Made by a program: the position numbers and the translations under genes. A stretch of DNA of 64,000 nt from the NCBI GenBank assembly GCA_963712275.1, contig CAVQHD010000001.1, positions 1,248,001 through 1,312,000 of the forward strand, written 5' to 3'. The notes under the pieces are model-generated. The model searched no databases. It was not told where the DNA came from and saw nothing but the letters and a program-made list of their open reading frames with translations. The DNA is from an uncultured Rhabdochlamydiaceae bacterium (GTDB lineage Bacteria; Chlamydiota; Chlamydiia; Chlamydiales; Rhabdochlamydiaceae). Every line of letters begins with the position of its first letter. The first letter of the stretch is position 1. Below are positions 17,164 through 26,624 of the stretch, piece after piece.

Positions 17164-18570
17164 TCAACAAATTACAGTGTTTCCATGGATGGCTTTTCGA
17201 AAAGATCTTCCTAAGAAGATAGCAATGATGAACCATAAGCCTAGTAAAGGGAAGCACAATGCTCCGCTTAGCATAAGGTAATGCGATTTGCCCGCCAATG
17301 TTCCAAAAGCAGTTTGAAGGGGAGCTAAAGACATATTGAATATCGACCCTGCTTGTTTAGATGATCGCGAACCGAATGTCTCTATCCATGCTTGCGCCTT
17401 AAATTTTACATCCGGGGTTGTGGGGATATAGAGCTGTTTAAGAGCTGGACCATTAAGTGCGTAATTAATGGCTTTTGAGCCCACCATGAGAGCGAAGAGG
17501 AATGTGAGAGAGTTCAAGCTCAAAAAGCCTAAAAGAGCCCCTCCAACAATAACAGGCATTGCCGCTAATGCGACACCTACCCCGAGAAACCGAGTTACGT
17601 TACTAATCCCAAGTAAAAGACAGAGCAAAGACACGATATTTACACTTGAAGCATAAATGCTTAGGTAGTTACTCAGTGCAACGCCTGAGTATTCAGAGCT
17701 GGCTGCTATTTTAAAATTAAAGTCAAAGATGGTCACCACGACTTCATAAATGAAATTCGCAGCAAAAATGCCAAGAAGATATCGATTTTTGAGGAGAAGT
17801 TTTAACCCTTCTAAAAATCCAGGTTCTTGCTTGCTTTCTACTGCTGTTTCATTTTTTCCGTGAAAAGACGTGAGCAGATGACTTGGAGTAGCTCGCAAAA
17901 AGTATCGTACCATAGGCACTATGAGTAGCGTTAGAATCCCCAAACACATCATAGATAATGCATCCGTAGATAGTCCCAGTCGATGAGGAAGCCCCCCTAT
18001 GCTATAGGGGAAAATAATTCCTCCCATTTGACCGATGGCAACTACAAGAGGAAAGCCTTTTTTTGCTGGACCCGCATTCGTTGTGTCGGTTGCAAATGCC
18101 CAAAAGAGGGCGATCACCAAAGAGCCAAAACTCTCCACGAAAACGTAAAACAGATAACCAACCACCTTGGTGGCAGCCAAGAAAAAGAATGAACGACTCG
18201 CTATTGTCTCAGCAGGGGCCTGAAACCATATCATCAAAAAGCTGAAAACAACAACTGCGATTCCATAAAAAATGGGGAGGATCACCAGCATCTTTTCTCT
18301 CGAGGTCTTTTCAAGCAACTTCGTATAGAACATCACCAGCGGCAAAAGAGCTAGGACAGAGACAGTTTTTGCGAAAGGGAGCTGCAATTTGTCTACCAGT
18401 TGAATAAACACTGCGTCTTTAAGTGGGCGTAACGTCCAATAGACCCCAATCACTAATGCAAAAATTACACCCATTCTAAGAAATTTTTTAAATTCCTCTT
18501 TCTCGAAATTTCCAAAGTTAAATCGACAAATCGACTGAAAAAATCGCAATATACCGCTTGTATTATCCAT
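17164..18570 (-). CDS. Npt1/Npt2 (TLC/NTT) nucleotide transporter
   Basis: YWTLRPLKD, LFWAFA, FDFNFK, SKAINYAL, KQLYIP, KFKAQAWIETFGSR. Confidence 0.88.
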   Translation of the reverse strand: MDNTSGILRFFQSICRFNFGNFEKEEFKKFLRMGVIFALVIGVYWTLRPLKDAVFIQLVDKLQLPFAKTVSVLALLPLVMFYTKLLEKTSREKMLVILPIFYGIAVVVFSFLMIWFQAPAETIASRSFFFLAATKVVGYLFYVFVESFGSLVIALFWAFATDTTNAGPAKKGFPLVVAIGQMGGIIFPYSIGGLPHRLGLSTDALSMMCLGILTLLIVPMVRYFLRATPSHLLTSFHGKNETAVESKQEPGFLEGLKLLLKNRYLLGIFAANFIYEVVVTIFDFNFKIAASSEYSGVALSNYLSIYASSVNIVSLLCLLLGISNVTRFLGVGVALAAMPVIVGGALLGFLSLNSLTFLFALMVGSKAINYALNGPALKQLYIPTTPDVKFKAQAWIETFGSRSSKQAGSIFNMSLAPLQTAFGTLAGKSHYLMLSGALCFPLLGLWFIIAIFLGRSFRKAIHGNTVIC

Positions 18571-18635
18571 GAATCTGACTCCTTTATCAAAAATAGTAGG
18601 ATAACCTCTTGGTTTTTATTTGTACTGTTGATATA

Positions 18636-18676
18636 TTCGATTTCCAATATCGAAAAAATCGATTTGAAAGATCGGA
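18636..18676. promoter_or_regulatory. LysR-type binding boxes
   Basis: TTCGAT-N7-ATCGAA and ATCGAT-N7-ATCGGA in the divergent NTT/LysR intergenic region. Confidence 0.6.
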
Positions 18677-18683
18677 GGTTTTT

Positions 18684-19574
18684 GTGAAAGAATTGGCGAA
18701 CATTGTTGATACTACTCAATTGCTCGAGGAAAAATTATTGCAAAAACTTGAAAACTCATTAAAAAATTTACGTGTCGCTGACGTGGAATTATTTATTACA
18801 GCAGCCCATATGAAAAATCTCGGAAAATCGGCTTCATTTCATCACCTAAGCCAAAGCGCAACAAGCACGGCAATTCAACGGGTGGAATCTGCTTTCGGAG
18901 TATCTCTATGTACCCACGAAAAACGGCAATTCCGACTCACTCGTGAGGGACAGATTCTCTTTCCACGTCTAGAAAATTGGATCAAACAATTGCGAGACTT
19001 AATTATTTCAAAAGATCAGATCCCCATACGTCTCGTTACAACCCACGCGATTGCACAAATTGCGGTACCGGCTTTACTTTCCATCGATAACATCGATTTC
19101 AAACATATGCGCCCTGACCATGCCTATGCAGCTATTTTGCATGATGAAGCTGATATTGCTCTTGTTCTCGATAATGCTCCATGGAAGGGAGTCGTTGCAG
19201 CTGAAGTCGGAAAAGGCCATTTTCAACTTTATTCCAGCGATAAAGACGCCTCTCTCAAACCAGTTTTACTTCCTGAGGATCAAATGGAAGTGTTGTCGCT
19301 ACAGCAAAGCTGGCAACAAGTGCATGGATATTCCCTCCCAGTCAAATCCCGTATTCCAAGCTGGTCTCTGATTGCCAATATTTGTTCGGAATCTCAGGAA
19401 ATAGGCTTTCTGCCCGATTTTCTAGCAAAAAAGTTTAACCTGTATCCTGTGATGTGGCAACCCGCAACCTCCCAATATCGCGTGCTTGCGATTTATCGGA
19501 ATGCGGGAAAACATTTACAGGAACGGTTTGATCAGTTATTGCGCGAGTTGCGGAGAGTTTTTACAATTCCCTAA
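18684..19574 (+). CDS. LysR family regulator
   Basis: NLGKSASFHHLSQSATSTAIQRVE HTH; GGAGG + GTG start. Confidence 0.85.
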   Translation: MKELANIVDTTQLLEEKLLQKLENSLKNLRVADVELFITAAHMKNLGKSASFHHLSQSATSTAIQRVESAFGVSLCTHEKRQFRLTREGQILFPRLENWIKQLRDLIISKDQIPIRLVTTHAIAQIAVPALLSIDNIDFKHMRPDHAYAAILHDEADIALVLDNAPWKGVVAAEVGKGHFQLYSSDKDASLKPVLLPEDQMEVLSLQQSWQQVHGYSLPVKSRIPSWSLIANICSESQEIGFLPDFLAKKFNLYPVMWQPATSQYRVLAIYRNAGKHLQERFDQLLRELRRVFTIP

Positions 19575-19595
19575 TTTCAATGAAAGGTTATTCTT

Positions 19596-20258
19596 ATGAA
19601 AAAAACACTATTTTCCCTGATCGCATCAACCCTCACAGCCACTTCCCTTATTGCAGCTCCTCAAGCCGTTGTTTTCGACTGGGGTAATGTAATCGGGTTC
19701 AACGACCGATCCGTTGTTGTAAACTTTATGTGCGATTCATTTCGCTTCTCTGAAAACGAATTCGAAGCAGCTAACCTAGAGAAACGAAAAGCAATTAAGG
19801 CGGGCAAGTCAGACATCGATTTCTGGCTCGAATTTGCTCAAAAAAGAGGCATTCAACTCCCAAAAGACTGGGCTTTAAAATATACAGCAACGCTTAAAGA
19901 GAGCGTTGGGGCAGACCCAAACATGTATGTGCTGATCGATCAATTGAAAGGAAATGGAATCCGTGTAGGAATGTTATCCAACATTGATGATCGATACACA
20001 AAGCTAATCCGTGATTTCGGCTTTTATGAACCCTTCAAACCGTGCCTTTTATCTTGCGAAATGGGACTTGAAAAACCAGATCCAAAAGCTTATGCACTTT
20101 TGTTGCAAACAATGAATCTTCCAGCGGAAGAAATCGTGTTTATTGATGACAAGGAAGAAAACGTCAAAGCAGCAAAAACGATGGGTATTGACGCGATTCT
20201 TTTCACATCTGAACATCAGCTGAGAGAAGAACTGAGCAAAAGGGGAGCGCTTGAATAA
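19596..20258 (+). CDS. HAD phosphatase (YihX-like) with signal peptide
   Basis: FDWGNVI, LSN, KPDP, FIDDK. Confidence 0.85.
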   Translation: MKKTLFSLIASTLTATSLIAAPQAVVFDWGNVIGFNDRSVVVNFMCDSFRFSENEFEAANLEKRKAIKAGKSDIDFWLEFAQKRGIQLPKDWALKYTATLKESVGADPNMYVLIDQLKGNGIRVGMLSNIDDRYTKLIRDFGFYEPFKPCLLSCEMGLEKPDPKAYALLLQTMNLPAEEIVFIDDKEENVKAAKTMGIDAILFTSEHQLREELSKRGALE

Positions 20259-20326
20259 AGCAGGAGACGGTCAGAGGTAAAACCACAAAATCATTGCCAT
20301 GAGGTGTGTGTGTGTTCTTTGTCTCT

Positions 20327-21385
20327 CTATTCGAAAATTTTTTTGTTTAAAGCTGCAACGGTAGAGTAGATATGTGCATTGGAAAGATGGGCGTATCGCT
20401 TGGTCATTTGGACGGTTTTGTGGCCCAGCAGAGTTCCTATCTCTAGGAGACTAGCTTGATTCATGGCCAAGTAGGAAGCGGCTGTATGCCGAAGGTCATG
20501 AAAGCGGAAGTTGAAAATATTGGCTTTGCTCAGAGCGGTTTCCCAAGCAGAACGAATGTCGATAGGTTTACATGGAGAATGTGGAGCAGGAAATACGAGA
20601 GAGTCAAGGGTTTGATTGGCGTATTTTGAACGCAAAAGATCTAGAGCTATTCCGACAAGAGGAATGAAACGCCGCTCACCATTCTTTGTGGTTTGTAAGA
20701 GGATTGAACCTCGAGCTAGATCGATATCGCTCCATTTGAGATTGAGGATTTCTCCTCTTCTCATTCCTGTTGAAAGAGCGAGTATAACAATTGGGTAGAG
20801 TCCTTTTGATTCGCTCTCTTGAGAAGCTTTAATGAGTCTCATTCTTTCTTCATTGTTTAAGAAGCGAGTTCGTTCATTTGAAATTTTCGGCTTTGAGATT
20901 TTCATGATTGGATTTTCCTGGATCCATTCCCAGTCTTTCACAGCGATTGCAAAGGCATGAGACAAGCTGGCAAGATAGCGGACAACAGTTGTTGAAGAAC
21001 GGATCGTGCCTTTGTAAGTCAGCCCAGAAAGTAGTTCATCGCGTTTCTGTGCGATGAGGCCTGGCTTGATATCCAAAAGGAGGCAATGCCCCAGTTCCTG
21101 TTTCCACCAGAGAAGATGTTGGCGGACGTTTCTTGCGTTTTTTGGCTTTGACGGAAGAACTCTTTCAATATAACGGTCGATCAGTTCGGCTAGAGTATTT
21201 TTGCTGCCAGGTTTGTCATATGCATATTTGCCTTGCTCAATCGCCGATTCTGTATCGCGTTTCCATTTCATGGCTAGAGTTTTGGAGGCGAATGATTGGA
21301 TGAGGACGGGATGTCCTTTGATTCGAACGCGGGCGCGGTAAGATACCGTCCCGTCTTTGTGGGTGCGTTTGTCGATGCCTTTCAC
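20327..21385 (-). CDS. Tyrosine integrase of the tRNA island
   Basis: STGMRRGE, HDLRHT, LGH..QMTKRYAH; adjacent to the tRNA. Confidence 0.93.
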   Translation of the reverse strand: MKGIDKRTHKDGTVSYRARVRIKGHPVLIQSFASKTLAMKWKRDTESAIEQGKYAYDKPGSKNTLAELIDRYIERVLPSKPKNARNVRQHLLWWKQELGHCLLLDIKPGLIAQKRDELLSGLTYKGTIRSSTTVVRYLASLSHAFAIAVKDWEWIQENPIMKISKPKISNERTRFLNNEERMRLIKASQESESKGLYPIVILALSTGMRRGEILNLKWSDIDLARGSILLQTTKNGERRFIPLVGIALDLLRSKYANQTLDSLVFPAPHSPCKPIDIRSAWETALSKANIFNFRFHDLRHTAASYLAMNQASLLEIGTLLGHKTVQMTKRYAHLSNAHIYSTVAALNKKIFE

Positions 21386-21449
21386 AAGCTTACCTTTATT
21401 TAAATTTTCAAAGGTTAGCTGCTGGGCTTATCGCCAATTGTTGTAGGCG

Positions 21450-21473
21450 AGTGGTCCACAAATGGTCCACGGA
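21450..21473 (+). promoter_or_regulatory. Putative integrase arm-type site
   Basis: Identical to 4658-4681. Confidence 0.7.
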
Positions 21474-21552
21474 GAGAAATCGCACTTCTGTCTGGTTTTG
21501 ATGCTATTGCATAACCAGCTCATTTTTAGTGCGATAAACTCGGAAAGAAATG

Positions 21553-21626
21553 TGGGGCAACCTGGACTTGAACCAGGGACCGACGGGTTATGAGTCCGCT
21601 GCTCTAACCACCTGAGCTATTGCCCC
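21553..21626 (-). tRNA. tRNA with CAT anticodon (probably Ile2; Met not excluded)
   Basis: GGGGCAATAGCTCAGGTGGTTAGAGCAGCGGACTCATAACCCGTCGGTCCCTGGTTCAAGTCCAGGTTGCCCCA cloverleaf. Confidence 0.93.
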
Positions 21627-21733
21627 ATGGGTAGAGGATCATACTATTCTTGGGTTGTTAGCGCAATGTAAAAAATTTTTTTGGATTTTATCAGACGGTT
21701 CGGTATAGAGACGAATAGGAGCCAAGGAGCCTT

Positions 21734-22930
21734 ATGCTGTCTCGCGGGTTACTTTTATCTTCTTTTCTAGCGCTGAGTTTGGGCGCCCAGGAAGATGAAA
21801 TTGCCAAAATCGACCCTGAACTTTCTGTGATCAAGAGGGGGGACGCTCTTCCTGTCGAGAGTTTTGAGCATGCGACAGATCCCTATCTTGAGGGGTATAT
21901 TCAAGCTCTGATTGACATCAGCTACTATGAATATAACGTCATTGTGGTTGTTAAAGATCACCATGTGATTCTCTATAACCTTCCAAAGAATGACCTGATT
22001 GCGAAGAGTATTATCTCCTATGTTCAAGATTTGCCGGGGGTCAAGTCGGTGGAGGTGCGAGAAGCGCTTTCGTCAGAAGAGACAACAGCGCGCAAAAAAT
22101 ATACCGAAGCTCCGCGCATGTCCGGGATTTGGTTTCCTCAATCAACGGTTTTATTTCTGCCGCTTGTTGCAGATCCTAGGGAACCGGTCTATTCAGTGAA
22201 TTACAGGGCAGGGGATGATGTGATGGGAAGGAAGGCGGTGGCGGTTTCTTTGGGGGATGATTTTCCAATCTTCCGCTGGAATCATATCTGGAATGGCCAT
22301 GGGGATCTTCAAATAGGGATCACAGCAGGGGTATGGGCTGTCTTTAACTTTAGCCATGTTCCTCGCCGAAATAAGGGTGAGTGCGAGCTCATGAACACCG
22401 ATTACAAGGTGGGAATTCCTCTAACATATGCCTTCGATAAGTGGTCTTTCAGGCTTTTGTTGTACCATATTTCAGGTCACTTAGGGGATGAGTTTATCGT
22501 AGATCATCCCAAGTACGTCAAAAAACGGAAAAACCCGAGTTTCGAGGCAATCGATTGGATTTCATCCTATCAATTTTCGAGTGGACTAAGGGTTTATGGG
22601 GGCCCTGGAACTGTTGTCCATAGCGATCCTTCATTTAAGCTAAAGCCTCTTTATGTCATGTGGGGAACCGAGGTCCGGCTCTTTGGTCAGAAGCTCTATT
22701 ATCACCGCCTTTATGGAACGCCCTTTTTTGCGGCCCATATGGAAAACTGGCAGCAGCACGGATGGGATATCGATATGACGTTTAAGCTGGGGTATGAAAT
22801 CAGCAAGCTTCAAGGCGTTGGCCGTAAAATGCGCCTCTATCTTGAGTATCATGAAGGGTTTTCTTATGAAGGACAATTTTTCAATAAGCGAACGAAATAT
22901 GGAGAAGTAGGTCTATCTTGGGGTTTTTAA
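21734..22930 (+). CDS. DUF1207 family exported/outer-membrane protein
   Basis: Signal peptide, PLVADPREP, YHISGHLGDEF, terminal F. Confidence 0.8.
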   Translation: MLSRGLLLSSFLALSLGAQEDEIAKIDPELSVIKRGDALPVESFEHATDPYLEGYIQALIDISYYEYNVIVVVKDHHVILYNLPKNDLIAKSIISYVQDLPGVKSVEVREALSSEETTARKKYTEAPRMSGIWFPQSTVLFLPLVADPREPVYSVNYRAGDDVMGRKAVAVSLGDDFPIFRWNHIWNGHGDLQIGITAGVWAVFNFSHVPRRNKGECELMNTDYKVGIPLTYAFDKWSFRLLLYHISGHLGDEFIVDHPKYVKKRKNPSFEAIDWISSYQFSSGLRVYGGPGTVVHSDPSFKLKPLYVMWGTEVRLFGQKLYYHRLYGTPFFAAHMENWQQHGWDIDMTFKLGYEISKLQGVGRKMRLYLEYHEGFSYEGQFFNKRTKYGEVGLSWGF

Positions 22931-25044
22931 GAAAGTTCAGCAAATCCTTTGTCATACACAGGGCCTTGAGGGCCGATCTTTAGCGTTCCGCTGAAAAATT
23001 GTTTGTAGACTTGGAGGGCTTCTGCGCCATTTTTGACGCAGATGAAACAGTTGCTGATCCACTCGGAGCCAGCAATTGTGCCTGTTTCAAGGTTTCGTTG
23101 GAAGCGGTGAGAAATTTTATCAGACCAGTAGTCGGGGTGCCCGAAGAGAAGAACTGGGGTGGGCGGGGCTGCTCCTACTTTTCTTCTCACTTCTTCGAGG
23201 GCATATTCAAAATCAGTTCCAAATCCTCCCATCAAAAACCAGGGGAAATTGAGATTAAATTCTGCTTGTCTCTCGATGAGATTATCGAGTCGGTACATCA
23301 TTTTCGCATCGATATATGGATTTTGCTTTTGTTCGCTTAGAACAGCTCCCTTTTTACCTCGGAAATCCATGATATTGGCGCAGGAGAGAATACCGATGGA
23401 TTTGGCAACGCGGTTTCCAAGGCTCATCGATCCAGGGCCTCCTCCTGTGACTAAAGCAATCGGAGTCTCTGGGTTCAGGAGAGGATGATGCATTTCATTT
23501 TTTAATTTAAGAAGGCCCTGAAGAAGGAAGGTGAGATCTTTCTCAAAGTCGGGTTCGATGAGATTTGATCCATAGATTCCAAAAAGAGTGGCTTTAAGAA
23601 ATGTTTCAGCAAATTCAGCTGGGACGAACATGCCAGAGTCTTTTCCCGGTTTTGGGAGGTATTGCAAGATTGATTGGCTCGCTTTATCTACCCAATAAGT
23701 CGGAATGCCAAATTTGGCAAGATCGAGAAGCATGGCACGGTCTTCATGAGAGAAAAAATCCCCATAGGTCAGCGAAGGAAACTGAAAATAGATCCGTTTC
23801 AAATATCGATGAATTTGGTCGTTGAGGAGCATTTGTTTTAAAAGAGGGGAGGGGAAATACCGGGTGAGTAAAACCCCTTCGCTGATGATTACACCGTCTT
23901 CAATGGCCTTTAAAAATGGAAAGGAGGGTTGCTGGTAGATATACCGTTCGACAGCAGCTGATTGCCTGGAAGGGTTGATGACTCCAGGAAATTCACTCAT
24001 GCGAGGCTCGCGTGCGATCCAGCTGGAGGGGGTTAGGCTAAGAAGCTGCGCTCCCTTCATTATAAAAACAGCTGCGAGGTGGTGAAGCGGTGCAGGGGCT
24101 GTCTCAAAGGCGTGGAAGAGGGTTTGTGGATCTTCGAGAGTTGCCTGAAGCTGGTCACGATCGGAGAAAAAAATGTGCTCGCGGTGAGGCTCAAGCGTAT
24201 AAAACTCGATGGGAAGATCCCTTAGTTCCTGCTGGGAATTTCCGTAAAGCTCATAGACGTCGCCTGAGGCTTCGGTATCAGGCTGGAGAATAGAGGCAGA
24301 GGTATGAAAAATGCCTGCAGGGAGAAGCTCCTGAACGACTCTCCCGAACACCGTGCGAACGTAAAGAGGTAGTGTACGAACAAGGAGGATCTCTCTATCG
24401 TGAACAATACGGGGAGCCCCTTGGTTCCAGATTTGGTGCAGTTTGAGAAGTTTCCGAAGTTGAAGAGAAGGGTCATGCAGCCCCTTGGCAAGCGTTGGGA
24501 GGAACCCTTTCATGGTTTCGTCATAGTTCAGAGTTCCATCGAGCAGCGTGAGGAAAGCAACGGTACGCCCTTCAATTTTCTCTAAAATAAGTTCGCTCGA
24601 CCCTTGAAGCCCTCCTAGAGAAAGGAGAGGCCTTCCTTGGCGATCGGACCTTCCAAACATACGGGAAAGGTATTCTGTGTCTCGGACTTTACGCCGATCA
24701 TCGGCGGCAAACAACTTTCCGATAAAGGTTCCTTTTGTAAGGAGAGAGAGCATCGATTCAGCTATCGTTCCAATAGCGGTGATTTGAAGCTCGCAGACGG
24801 CCTGATGGTGGATGTCATCGAGGTCTAGATGGACAAGCGTTGCGTTAAGACCGAGTTGAGCAAGGGTGCTTTTAAAATTAAAGAGAATCAGCTCCTTCGG
24901 AATTTGAAACCCGGCAAAGGCAGAAGAGATTCCTTCAATGCGAAGGCGAGCTGTGCCTTGAGAGCTGTTTTTGAGCTCTATCTGCTCAATTTGGCCATCA
25001 GGAGTGACAAGGTCATCATGTTCTAATGAGAGATAGCTTTCCAT
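22927..25044 (-). CDS. Chlamydial LOG-family domain protein
   Basis: C-terminal VTGGGPGSM, LIERQ, GGFGTDFE. Confidence 0.75.
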   Translation of the reverse strand: MESYLSLEHDDLVTPDGQIEQIELKNSSQGTARLRIEGISSAFAGFQIPKELILFNFKSTLAQLGLNATLVHLDLDDIHHQAVCELQITAIGTIAESMLSLLTKGTFIGKLFAADDRRKVRDTEYLSRMFGRSDRQGRPLLSLGGLQGSSELILEKIEGRTVAFLTLLDGTLNYDETMKGFLPTLAKGLHDPSLQLRKLLKLHQIWNQGAPRIVHDREILLVRTLPLYVRTVFGRVVQELLPAGIFHTSASILQPDTEASGDVYELYGNSQQELRDLPIEFYTLEPHREHIFFSDRDQLQATLEDPQTLFHAFETAPAPLHHLAAVFIMKGAQLLSLTPSSWIAREPRMSEFPGVINPSRQSAAVERYIYQQPSFPFLKAIEDGVIISEGVLLTRYFPSPLLKQMLLNDQIHRYLKRIYFQFPSLTYGDFFSHEDRAMLLDLAKFGIPTYWVDKASQSILQYLPKPGKDSGMFVPAEFAETFLKATLFGIYGSNLIEPDFEKDLTFLLQGLLKLKNEMHHPLLNPETPIALVTGGGPGSMSLGNRVAKSIGILSCANIMDFRGKKGAVLSEQKQNPYIDAKMMYRLDNLIERQAEFNLNFPWFLMGGFGTDFEYALEEVRRKVGAAPPTPVLLFGHPDYWSDKISHRFQRNLETGTIAGSEWISNCFICVKNGAEALQVYKQFFSGTLKIGPQGPVYDKGFAELS

Positions 25045-25066
25045 TGATTCCTCATCCTATTGCCAA

Positions 25067-25326
25067 GGCACAGGAAACTAGAACGAATAGTTGAAACCTC
25101 TGTTGATTCATGCTTATTTACATTTTTTCACTACGGAAGCACCGAGAAGGATGAGATTGCACAGAGCAAAAAACATTCCTGCAAAAAAACATTCTTTTTT
25201 GCTCTAGCAAAAAAAGAAATTTTTCACTCTGTGCAAGCTCATCCTTCTCCGCGCCTCCGGGGTGAAAAAATATAAATAAGTATGAATCAACAGAGGTTTC
25301 AACTATTTGTTCTAGTTTCCTATGCC
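25067..25326. mobile_element. 260-bp palindromic element (family A) with 14-bp target-site duplication
   Basis: ~100-bp inverted arms; flanked by CATCCTATTGCCAA (25053-25066) and CATCCTATTGCAAA (25327-25340). Confidence 0.85.
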
Positions 25327-25385
25327 CATCCTATTGCAAATAAGGAGTTGTGGAAAAGTAAAAAATTTTAGTATCATTACTCCTG

Positions 25386-25784
25386 ATGAACGTAAAAACA
25401 GCTGAAAGCACTCTAACCTCGCAAATCGTTGATGCTGCCTATGAAGTCCATACACTCCTTGGAGGGCCGGGGCTTCTTGAAACTGTCTATGAGTCCGCCT
25501 TATCCCATGAGCTCTTTTTAAGAGGGATGCATAATCAGCGCCAGCGTCCTGTTGCTGTAAGATATAAGAATACAGAAGTAAGAGAGCCTTTATTCATCGA
25601 TTTGATTGTCGAAAATCAAGTGATTGTGGAGGTCAAAGCGACCCCTCAAGATTATTCGTTTTATCACGCTCAGATTTTAACCTATCTTCGCTTGACCAAC
25701 ACGAAATATGGCCTGCTCATCAATTTCGGTAAAAAAGATTTAAAAGCAGGCCTTATTTACGTAACAAATACCGCTGTTAGTTGA
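25386..25784 (+). CDS. GxxExxY protein (PD-(D/E)XK nuclease fold)
   Basis: GPGLLETVYE, DLIVENQVIVEVKA, AQILTYL, GLLINFG. Confidence 0.92.
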   Translation: MNVKTAESTLTSQIVDAAYEVHTLLGGPGLLETVYESALSHELFLRGMHNQRQRPVAVRYKNTEVREPLFIDLIVENQVIVEVKATPQDYSFYHAQILTYLRLTNTKYGLLINFGKKDLKAGLIYVTNTAVS

Positions 25785-26418
25785 AGTTAACAAAACTTTC
25801 GAAAGCTTGTTGTATGCTTATTTGGAAATAGTGGGTAAAAAAGTCATTGTCCGCGGGCTGTAAAACCAGATTGAATTGATGAAATGGTTTTTCAGGGTCT
25901 TGGGTTCTGCAGGCAAGCTGGCGCTCATCTTCAGTTTTATTTGTGGTATCGACCATGTTGATGATCCTTCCATTTTCATTTTTAACAACTGCAGAAGGAA
26001 TCTGCTCACTGCCTAACGCATAAACAACAAAAGATTGGTTGGGAACTAAAGGATGAGTCATGGCTACTGTACAGATCTCAGATTGTTCGGTAAAAAAATT
26101 CACAAAAAATGTGATTGTTTTCTGGATTGTATTGAGCATTCCGCAAGGTTTTACACAAATTTCGCCGTTCTCATTCACAGATTGATAGGTAAGCTCGGTT
26201 GTTAGAAAAGCTTGCCGAACAGATTCTTTTTCAGAACAATTTGGTTGAAGGGGTACTTGAAAAAAATCTAGAAATCTTTTCCAAAGGCTTCTATCTGCTT
26301 GAAGCTCTCGAAGCTTTGTACAAACATTTGCCACTGTCCCAAGATCTGGCATATCAAGATATGATAGAGTCTGAATGTTTGCTTCATCTGGTAAGTTTAA
26401 TATTGATACAGACGTCAT
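25777..26418 (-). CDS. F-box-like protein, putative effector
   Basis: LNLPDEANIQTLSYLDMPDLGTVANVCTKLRELQADRSLWK. Confidence 0.75.
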   Translation of the reverse strand: MTSVSILNLPDEANIQTLSYLDMPDLGTVANVCTKLRELQADRSLWKRFLDFFQVPLQPNCSEKESVRQAFLTTELTYQSVNENGEICVKPCGMLNTIQKTITFFVNFFTEQSEICTVAMTHPLVPNQSFVVYALGSEQIPSAVVKNENGRIINMVDTTNKTEDERQLACRTQDPEKPFHQFNLVLQPADNDFFTHYFQISIQQAFESFVNFN

Positions 26419-26624
26419 TTTTTATGCTTATTGTTTTTATTATTTGTAATATATAATATTAACTATTTTATAATAAAATATTAATTATATCAATACTAAT
26501 TTATAACTTATTGATTTTAAATGAATTGCATTTTTTGGCATTTCTCGAATTGAAAGGAACCCCCCTTTACTTTAAAATTCCTCCAAACCTAGCCCAAACC
26601 TAACCAGGGGAGTATGTAAAGCAG

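Larger units (their letters stand above)
4505..21599. mobile_element. tRNA-integrated genomic island (~17 kb)
   Basis: att direct repeats, integrase adjacent to the tRNA, identical 24-bp sequences inside both ends, defence cargo. Confidence 0.9.

Noticed and set aside
4505..21599. Prophage or conjugative ICE
   Set aside because: No capsid, terminase, tail, relaxase or T4SS genes are recognisable
25060..25275. Small ORFs at 25060-25275, 44181-44486 and 62845-63066 sharing TE.DEIAQ-like or complementary peptides
   Set aside because: They are translations of family A palindromes, with no independent coding evidence
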